Sequence record: DRR723986_623
Strand: one strand, 5' to 3'
DNA: 64,000 nt
The translations under genes were made by a program, and so were the position numbers. The first letter of the stretch is position 1; each line of letters starts with the position of its first letter. Positions 57,475 to 64,000 of the stretch are shown piece after piece. A model generated the notes under the pieces. That model was not told the DNA's origin, ran no database searches, and was given only the letters and a program-made list of their open reading frames with translations.

Positions 57475-59292
57475 ATGAAGCTGGAGCTCGCACGTGATAT
57501 GAACCGGCAAGGTTTTGATACCTCCTCTGCCACACCTGTTGCCGGAACGTCTGCTGTGGCCTTGCCGATCTCGTTCGATGGGCTTGCTGGTTATTTTCAT
57601 CCAGCTGCGGGGGGCACAGCAATCCTGCTTTTGAGCCCCTGGGGGTATGAAGAGCTGTGTTCCCGGAAAAGCTACAGGATGCTCGGCGAAAAATTCGCTG
57701 CATCCGGGTACCCATGTCTGCGGTTCGACTATCCGGCAACCGCGAATTCACACGGTGACAGCGCGGACATTCAGGACAAGTCGGCATGGCAGGCTTCCGT
57801 TCGAACAGCCCTTTCCGAACTCAAGAGATTGGCAAACCCGGATCGGGTTGTCGTGGTCGGACAGGGGATAGGTGCAAGTCTCGCAAGCAACCTGGCAGCA
57901 GACGGAGAGATTGCAGGACAAGTGCTACTGGCGCCGGTTGCCCAGGGACGAGCTTATCTGCGGGAACTCGCAGCCTGGACTGCGTTGACGCAGCCGACGT
58001 TCCTGGTCAGTGCGTCGGATGGTCCCGAAGGCGGGTTGATGGCTGGTGGTTTCGTGCTCTCGGCCGCAACGGCCGACGAAATCAAATCGCTCAATCTCTA
58101 CAAGACGGAATTGCCCTCCGGATTGAAAACATTGCTTGTTCAAAGGGCCGACCATCCGGGCGATCAGAAACTTGCAGATCACTACGTCGAAAACGGTTTG
58201 CAGTTCGAGAGCCTGTCGTTTGAGGGGTACGTCGACTACGTCTCCGACCCGACCCTGTCCGTCCCCCCGGTTCAAACGCTGGATCGGATCGTAGCCTGGG
58301 TGAAGGCCAATTTCCCGGCAGGGCAATTGGAGACTACAGCTCTTGCCGAAATCTCTGCCGTGTCGGAGCCATTGCCAGGTGTCGAGGAGGAAGCGCTGCG
58401 TTTCGGGCCCGACAAAATGTTCTTCGGCGTGCTCGCGTGCCCTCGTGGCAAATGTGCGGAAACGGCGGTGATCATGCTCAATTCCGGATATGACCATTCC
58501 ATTGGCTGGGCACGCATGTCGGTCGGCTTTGCCAGGTCTCTTGCAGAAAGCGGCTGCGCGGTCCTGCGCACGGATCTGGCTGGTATCGGTGAGAGCTGTT
58601 ATTGGCCGGATCAGTCGTCCCAGGTTCTTTATTCCGACAGGCAACAGGAGGATGTCAGAGCCGCCGTCGGGTTCGTCAAGGAACGAACCGGGGCGAAGAA
58701 CATTATCCTGTTCGGCCGTTGCAGCGGTGCCTATCTCGCCCTTCTGGCGGCTGCAGACGATGACCGCGTCACTGCGGCCTTTCTGGTGAACTCACGCAAA
58801 CTGGTCTGGGATCCGGACGAAAACGTGGACAAGGCTATCCGTGAGCCGATACAGACGCTGTCCAGCTATGGACGCAAGGCGGTCGATTCAGAGACACTGA
58901 AACGGGTTCTGTCAGGGGAAATCAATCTGGTCTCCGCTCTGAAAAAGGTAACCCGGCCCGTGAAGTTGAAGGTCGACCGAACCCTGGCACCTGTTCTAGG
59001 CAATTTGTCACGCCATTACCGGCTCTTCAAGGTCCTGACCGGTCGCCTTCAGAAACTCGAGCAGCGTGATGTCCCAGTGTCTCTCGTTTATAGCGATAAC
59101 GACCGGGGGCTTCTTGAGTTACACAACTGGTTCGGCGTCGACCGGCATGGATTGAAAGCCTATCCGAACATCGAGATGCACGGCCTGCAGGATGCGGATC
59201 ATAACCTGACTCCTATCGCCGCCCGTCAACAGATGTTCGCCCTGTTGACTGACTTCGTTGCGAAAGTTTCCGCTTCAAGATCTCGCAAGTGA
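57475..59292 (+). CDS. Tandem alpha/beta-hydrolase-fold protein
   Basis: Domain 1 LRFDYPATANS.G with elbow GQGIG; domain 2 RTDLAGIGES with elbow GRCSG and C-terminal ADHNL. Confidence 0.82.
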   Translation: MKLELARDMNRQGFDTSSATPVAGTSAVALPISFDGLAGYFHPAAGGTAILLLSPWGYEELCSRKSYRMLGEKFAASGYPCLRFDYPATANSHGDSADIQDKSAWQASVRTALSELKRLANPDRVVVVGQGIGASLASNLAADGEIAGQVLLAPVAQGRAYLRELAAWTALTQPTFLVSASDGPEGGLMAGGFVLSAATADEIKSLNLYKTELPSGLKTLLVQRADHPGDQKLADHYVENGLQFESLSFEGYVDYVSDPTLSVPPVQTLDRIVAWVKANFPAGQLETTALAEISAVSEPLPGVEEEALRFGPDKMFFGVLACPRGKCAETAVIMLNSGYDHSIGWARMSVGFARSLAESGCAVLRTDLAGIGESCYWPDQSSQVLYSDRQQEDVRAAVGFVKERTGAKNIILFGRCSGAYLALLAAADDDRVTAAFLVNSRKLVWDPDENVDKAIREPIQTLSSYGRKAVDSETLKRVLSGEINLVSALKKVTRPVKLKVDRTLAPVLGNLSRHYRLFKVLTGRLQKLEQRDVPVSLVYSDNDRGLLELHNWFGVDRHGLKAYPNIEMHGLQDADHNLTPIAARQQMFALLTDFVAKVSASRSRK

Positions 59293-59310
59293 TGCCTCAG
59301 CTGATCCGTT

Positions 59311-61659
59311 TCACGCGTATTTACGGCGTGATGGCGGCGGAGTGCCGGTCATCGTTCGCACGAGACCGGAAGGTCGACCTTCTGCGATCGTAAGCAGGTC
59401 ACGCGACAGGATCGGCATCGAGATCTGATCTTCTTCACGCTCGGCAACCGTGACCAGGAATTGCGTCGAAAGGCCTGCGAGCGGATCATCTTCGACAAGT
59501 TGTGGCAGGGCAACGCCATCGATGATTACAAGATCGTAGTCACGCGCGATGTCTGCGAAATCGAAAGCTTCGCGGATGTTCATCCGGTGGTGCTTGTACT
59601 TCGGCAATCCGGAGACCAGCGACAGAAAGGAAATATCCAGCTCGTCGTAGTCGACAACCCTTTCGCGAAGCGTTCCGCCAATGTCTTCCATATCGTCGAT
59701 GCTCAGGTCGTGGCTGAGCATGCGCTGTTTCGGTTCACCATCGGCGAGGAGCACGTGCAATCCGCGCTGGGCCGCCCCGAGGGCGAGGGCAAGGGCAGCA
59801 ATGGTCTGGCCATGGCCAAGGGCGGGAGAGGTCAGAAAGACGATCCGCGTGCCGTTTTGGGCAGGCGCGCTCTGGATCGATGCAATGATCTGGTCAACGC
59901 CTTGTCCGAAAGACCATCCAGGTCCGGCTTCGTCTGAATAAAACTGCTCGATCGCATCTTGTACGGCAGAGATGGCGTCGGAGCTGAGCGGACGGACACT
60001 GCCGTTTTCGTCGGTTTCCGTCAGCCAGGGCAGCTGGCTGATAACTTTCAGCCCGGGTTCTGATTGGGGCACCTGCCTGGAGGGAGTGCGTTTGCTTTTC
60101 GTCCGCGATCCCGGCAAGCCCACTGATGAGCGTGCATTGTGGGCGGTGTCGACAGCCGTGGTTACGGGAGCAAGCGACTGTGCAGGGCCGGCGACGGCCA
60201 TTGCAGGTTCGGGGTTCTGCAGGAACTCCGGCAACAGGTGTTTTTTGGCAATGCGAATGGCTTCGCCGCCAACGGCGATTATGGTGCCGAACAGCAGACC
60301 CAGGATTCCGGCCAGTACCACCATGATCTTCCGTTTCGGGTAGACCGGGCTTTCCGGTGGAATGGCAGGCGAAATGATGCGGGCATTGGGTAGAACAACT
60401 TGGTCGAGCTGCGAAATTTCCTTGGCCCGGCTCAGTGCTATCTCATAAAGCTGCCGTGTTGCCTGTGCTTCCGTTTCCAATTCACGCAACCTGATGGAAG
60501 CCGCCTGGTCGACGTCGGAAAGGTTTCGCGTGGAATCGAGCTGCTGCTCGAGCCTGGAAACCCGTTCCTGATTGACCTGGACATCGATGCGTGTGGATTC
60601 CGCAATCCGCCTGATTTCGTCCCGGATGAGATTGCGCAACCGTTCCAGCTGGGATCTTGCCTGCACGACAGACGGATGTGAGGGCAGAAGATCGGCCATC
60701 AGCTGAGCTTCCGTGCGTGCAGCCGTGGCATATTGCTGGCGAAGTGAGGAGATCGTGGGGGAATTGACCACATCTCCGATGGATTCCGCGTCGACACCGC
60801 TTTGCAGAACCCGCTGGATCTCATCGTATTTGGCGGTTGCTTCCGCCAGTGCCGCTCGGGCATCGATGAGCCTGGAATTCAGTCCGGTCAGTTCCTGTCC
60901 GGTCAGCAGCGACCCCTCGTCGGAGTTCTGCAGCTTGTTGGCCGCGCGGAATTTCTGGATTTCTTCTTCGGCTTGCCTCAGGCGTTCCCGCAAATCCACC
61001 AGCCGATCATCGATCTGGGCGGCGGCTTCGTCCGAGGCCAGGTCAACTTGCCGTTTCTGGTCGGACAGATAGCTTTCGGCGATCGAATTCGCCAGAACGG
61101 CTGCCTGGACCGGTGAAGGAGATTCCGCGGCAATATTGATGACGAAGGTTTGACCAACGCGCTTGACGCTGGTTGCATCTGCAAGAGCTTCGACCGCGGC
61201 GGTCTCCTGCGCTTCAAGCGTTGCCGCGTCCTTCTTGGTTGCCCCGAAGATCAGGCTTTTGAACTGGCTCATCAGACCCGGCTTGCCTTCGCCGAAATGA
61301 GGGTCTTCAGCCAGGTTGTTTTCCCGGGCGACGGGTCGCAGCACTGTGTCGGAATGGATGACCGACATCTGACTGTCGATCACTTCCGAGCCTTGTCCCG
61401 TGCGGCTCGGGCGGTTCGGGTCATCGAAAGGCTGGCGCACAGTTGGGTCGAACAGGACTTGCGAGGACGCTCTGAAGATCGGTGTGATGGTCAGGGAGTA
61501 GGCGGCAGTCAACGCTGCAAAAACAAATGCAATTGCCGCGATCAGGAAGATGCGGCGGCGCAAGACCTGAAAAATGGACAGGATGTCCAGAGCAATGGCG
61601 TCGCGGCCTTGAAGGGCCGCCTTATCGTAAGCCGGGTTTTCTACCTGTCTGGGGTCCAC
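59311..61659 (-). CDS. Wzc/ExoP/GumC-like polysaccharide co-polymerase
   Basis: N-terminal TM, coiled-coil periplasmic region, PSHP, IISPA.PP..P.YP, second TM, degenerate P-loop domain. Confidence 0.9.
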   Translation of the reverse strand: MDPRQVENPAYDKAALQGRDAIALDILSIFQVLRRRIFLIAAIAFVFAALTAAYSLTITPIFRASSQVLFDPTVRQPFDDPNRPSRTGQGSEVIDSQMSVIHSDTVLRPVARENNLAEDPHFGEGKPGLMSQFKSLIFGATKKDAATLEAQETAAVEALADATSVKRVGQTFVINIAAESPSPVQAAVLANSIAESYLSDQKRQVDLASDEAAAQIDDRLVDLRERLRQAEEEIQKFRAANKLQNSDEGSLLTGQELTGLNSRLIDARAALAEATAKYDEIQRVLQSGVDAESIGDVVNSPTISSLRQQYATAARTEAQLMADLLPSHPSVVQARSQLERLRNLIRDEIRRIAESTRIDVQVNQERVSRLEQQLDSTRNLSDVDQAASIRLRELETEAQATRQLYEIALSRAKEISQLDQVVLPNARIISPAIPPESPVYPKRKIMVVLAGILGLLFGTIIAVGGEAIRIAKKHLLPEFLQNPEPAMAVAGPAQSLAPVTTAVDTAHNARSSVGLPGSRTKSKRTPSRQVPQSEPGLKVISQLPWLTETDENGSVRPLSSDAISAVQDAIEQFYSDEAGPGWSFGQGVDQIIASIQSAPAQNGTRIVFLTSPALGHGQTIAALALALGAAQRGLHVLLADGEPKQRMLSHDLSIDDMEDIGGTLRERVVDYDELDISFLSLVSGLPKYKHHRMNIREAFDFADIARDYDLVIIDGVALPQLVEDDPLAGLSTQFLVTVAEREEDQISMPILSRDLLTIAEGRPSGLVRTMTGTPPPSRRKYA

Positions 61660-61803
61660 AAAAAGTCACCTTATGTCCTCGCGGGCATGCGTCTTATTGC
61701 TTGTAAGCACTTATGGTTAGTGAACTGCTAATTTGCGGCAAGACTACGGTGCTCAGACACCACGAAGCCCGCTGTCATTTGCCTGCGTTCAGAGAGGACG
61801 GCA

Positions 61804-63117
61804 CTAGTTCTGCGGACGATTGTCCCAGGTGCGAACCACTGCATGCGGCAGCAGCGCGGCAAGCAGGAAAATCAGCCAGTTCAGGGAAAAGGAACGAAAC
61901 CAGGCGCTTTCCAGCATGTTGTGACAGGTGACGAAGAGGATTAACGAATAGCAGAGAAAGGCTATCCGGTAGTCCAGCGAAACGACCCGGGCTGCGGAAA
62001 ACAGAGCGGTCAGGATAACCAGGAACAATAGCGAAATTCCGACAATGCCGAGTTCGAGCATGACATCGAGATAACCGTTATGAGCTTGGATCAGCAAAAT
62101 GACGAAACCCGGCGCTTCACGGAAGGCAATTGAATCGGACCCCGTGGCCCAGAAAGACGCATAGCCCTGGCCAAGTACCGGGGCTCTGGAAATCACATCC
62201 ACGACAAACGCCCAGATGAACGTCCGGCCGGTGTAGGTCTCGTCATTGAACAGGAACAGAGACAGGTCCGAGAACCCGAACCGCGTAAGGAGCGAGAGGA
62301 AGGACAGAAGAACGGCGCCGGTAACCGCTCCGAAAATCAGCAGCAATGCCGCATTGATACGGAAGAGGAACGCCATGCCGACTGCAATATAGGCGATGAC
62401 CGGCATGAGGACGGCAAGCCCGAGGGATGTTTTCGACTGACTGAGAACAAGCAGGCCAAAAGCCAGTGCCGAAATGATCAGCATGCCGAAACGTTTCAGA
62501 AAACCGCGCGAAACCAGAAACCCGTAGATATTGAACATCATGGCCAAAGCCATGACCGCGCCCAGATTGTTTTTCTGGGTGTAGATGCCTGCGTGACCGA
62601 TAGGTGTCGGCGGTAGCAGGACGACTGCAACCGCATTCATCAGAACAACGGTATTCATCAGCAGCATCAGTCGGCTTAGCAGTGAGCGGGCGTCGTCCGT
62701 AAAAGAAACCGAAATCACAAGGCTCATCACAATGATGATCTGCAAGACCACGCGGCGAAACGCAATTCCGGGTGCATGAGACCAGAGCACACTCGTGACA
62801 GCGAGCAGCAGATAAAGCATCAGGATCCAGATAAGCGGACTTTTCAGAACCGTAAACGCGTTAAGCAAGCGCCGCCCCGCCGATACCAGCAGAACCATGA
62901 ACAGGCAGATCCAGAACAACTGGTTCAGTGCGTTGGACTTTGACGCGCTGATGTTGGCCGCGGTGTCTTCACCTCCGGACGACACCAGAAAGAATGGGCT
63001 GATCAACATCGGATAGGCGAGCAGCAGCACCGGAATCCAGTTGAAGATCCTGTCCAGCAACGTTTGCCCGTGCATGGCGGCCTGTGGCCCGGACTGTTCA
63101 ACGGGGTGAACTGTCAA
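61804..63117 (-). CDS. Wzy polymerase / O-antigen ligase family (ExoQ-like); start uncertain
   Basis: GIYTQKNNLG, SQSKTS, TYTGRTFIW, GQGY..FW, QAHNGYLD...ELGIVG. Confidence 0.9.
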   Translation of the reverse strand: MTVHPVEQSGPQAAMHGQTLLDRIFNWIPVLLLAYPMLISPFFLVSSGGEDTAANISASKSNALNQLFWICLFMVLLVSAGRRLLNAFTVLKSPLIWILMLYLLLAVTSVLWSHAPGIAFRRVVLQIIIVMSLVISVSFTDDARSLLSRLMLLMNTVVLMNAVAVVLLPPTPIGHAGIYTQKNNLGAVMALAMMFNIYGFLVSRGFLKRFGMLIISALAFGLLVLSQSKTSLGLAVLMPVIAYIAVGMAFLFRINAALLLIFGAVTGAVLLSFLSLLTRFGFSDLSLFLFNDETYTGRTFIWAFVVDVISRAPVLGQGYASFWATGSDSIAFREAPGFVILLIQAHNGYLDVMLELGIVGISLLFLVILTALFSAARVVSLDYRIAFLCYSLILFVTCHNMLESAWFRSFSLNWLIFLLAALLPHAVVRTWDNRPQN

Positions 63118-63281
63118 ATCCCAGTCTCCAGATCAATTGCAGCTGCAGAAGCTTTCTGCCGGCCCGCACCGCTAGGTCAGTTACTAGGCATGATTCGCAG
63201 CTGTCAGCTCAATCTATCAGTCACGATTTCGCACAGTCGACTGCAAATTCCGCATCAACTGTCGTGCCTGGATGACGCGGT

Positions 63282-64000
63282 TCATAGCGCGTCTGCGTTG
63301 AGCCCCAAGGTATCGACCATAGCCGGCTCGACGGTTCTTTTGACGTTGTCGGTCATCAGACCGAAGCCCTCGTAGTAGTCCCACAACGCCCAGCCAAAGC
63401 CGCGTTCCTCCACCACTGTGCGGACGTCCTTGATCCAGGCAAGCCTGCTTCCATCGTCCGGAAGTCCTTTCGGGGGACGGATAGCACTGAATTCGCCAAG
63501 CACGATCTGGTCAGGGGAAATGTCATGTTTTTCCGCCCACTGCGAGATCGTGTCAAAGCGGCTTTCAATGAAATTCCGGTCGGGCCTTTCACGTTTATAG
63601 TAGTCCCTGACACCGTCCATCGCCTTGTCGAAGGCATAGTCGGGAACGTCGACATCGGCTGCCTTTAGGGCGGCGATATGCTGACGTGTCCTCTCTTCGG
63701 CAGTCTCCACGTCACCCGCTGTCCAGGGATAGCTGAGGCCCGCGATATAGCGGAGAGGGTCCAGTACCCAGGGGAGGGATTGATGGGTGAAATAGAAGGG
63801 CTCGTAGAAATGGAAGTCGACGATGATCTTGTCGTCATAGCCGTCGAGACTCATGTACTCGAGGCCTTCCATGGACCGCCAGCAGCCCGGGGTAAGGACA
63901 ATCGGCAGGTCTGGCGCAACACTGCGCGCCCTGTCATACAGCTGCTTTTGAGAGACAGACCAGTCCTGGCTGTCTTCTTCGAAACAGACGCCCTGCGGCT
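63282..64000 (-). CDS. GH5 glycoside hydrolase (5' part outside the window)
   Basis: Frame open to the window edge; (E)P at the edge, DFHFYEP, VLGEFS, GWALWDY. Confidence 0.85.
   Translation of the reverse strand, partial: PQGVCFEEDSQDWSVSQKQLYDRARSVAPDLPIVLTPGCWRSMEGLEYMSLDGYDDKIIVDFHFYEPFYFTHQSLPWVLDPLRYIAGLSYPWTAGDVETAEERTRQHIAALKAADVDVPDYAFDKAMDGVRDYYKRERPDRNFIESRFDTISQWAEKHDISPDQIVLGEFSAIRPPKGLPDDGSRLAWIKDVRTVVEERGFGWALWDYYEGFGLMTDNVKRTVEPAMVDTLGLNADAL

Noticed and set aside
1-64000. CRISPR array, rRNA, IS transposases
   Set aside because: No regularly spaced repeat-spacer pattern, rRNA-like segment or transposase ORF seen.

Overview
Alphaproteobacterial chromosomal window; the gene content and order suggest Hyphomicrobiales, possibly Roseibium/Labrenzia-like. 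Positions 1-23953 are a complete ~24-kb genomic island integrated in the 3' end of a tRNA (probably tRNA-Leu CAG), bounded by a ~96-bp imperfect direct repeat. The island has a phage-satellite-like backbone: P4-type integrase, AlpA, Toprim primase, AAA_25 helicase and an HGGxSTG-like protein. Its cargo is a large minus-strand defence-type operon: small protein, SNF2 helicase-DUF3883, sacsin-like GHKL ATPase, PD-(D/E)XK-like protein, DUF1156 adenine methylase, small protein, Swt1-HEPN-DUF499 ATPase. Three more uncharacterised genes follow on the plus strand. The rest looks like host genome: SMR pump, outer-membrane barrel, a VanR-like/aldehyde dehydrogenase/ABC module, copA-cueR-cytochrome c, rnd-lptCAB-rpoN-hpf-ptsN, mdoH with a divergent PTPS-like/glycosyltransferase/methyltransferase operon, and cytochrome b561. 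The window ends in a Wzx/Wzy exopolysaccharide locus containing an ACP / acyl-CoA-dehydrogenase-fold / amino acid:carrier protein ligase / DUF1839 / GH2 operon. The two strongest candidates for undescribed systems are (i) the expanded DUF499-DUF1156-SNF2 operon with its sacsin-like ATPase and sliding-clamp-like leader protein, and (ii) the carrier-protein-dependent aminoacyl polysaccharide-tailoring pathway. All family calls come from motifs read by eye; no database searches were run.
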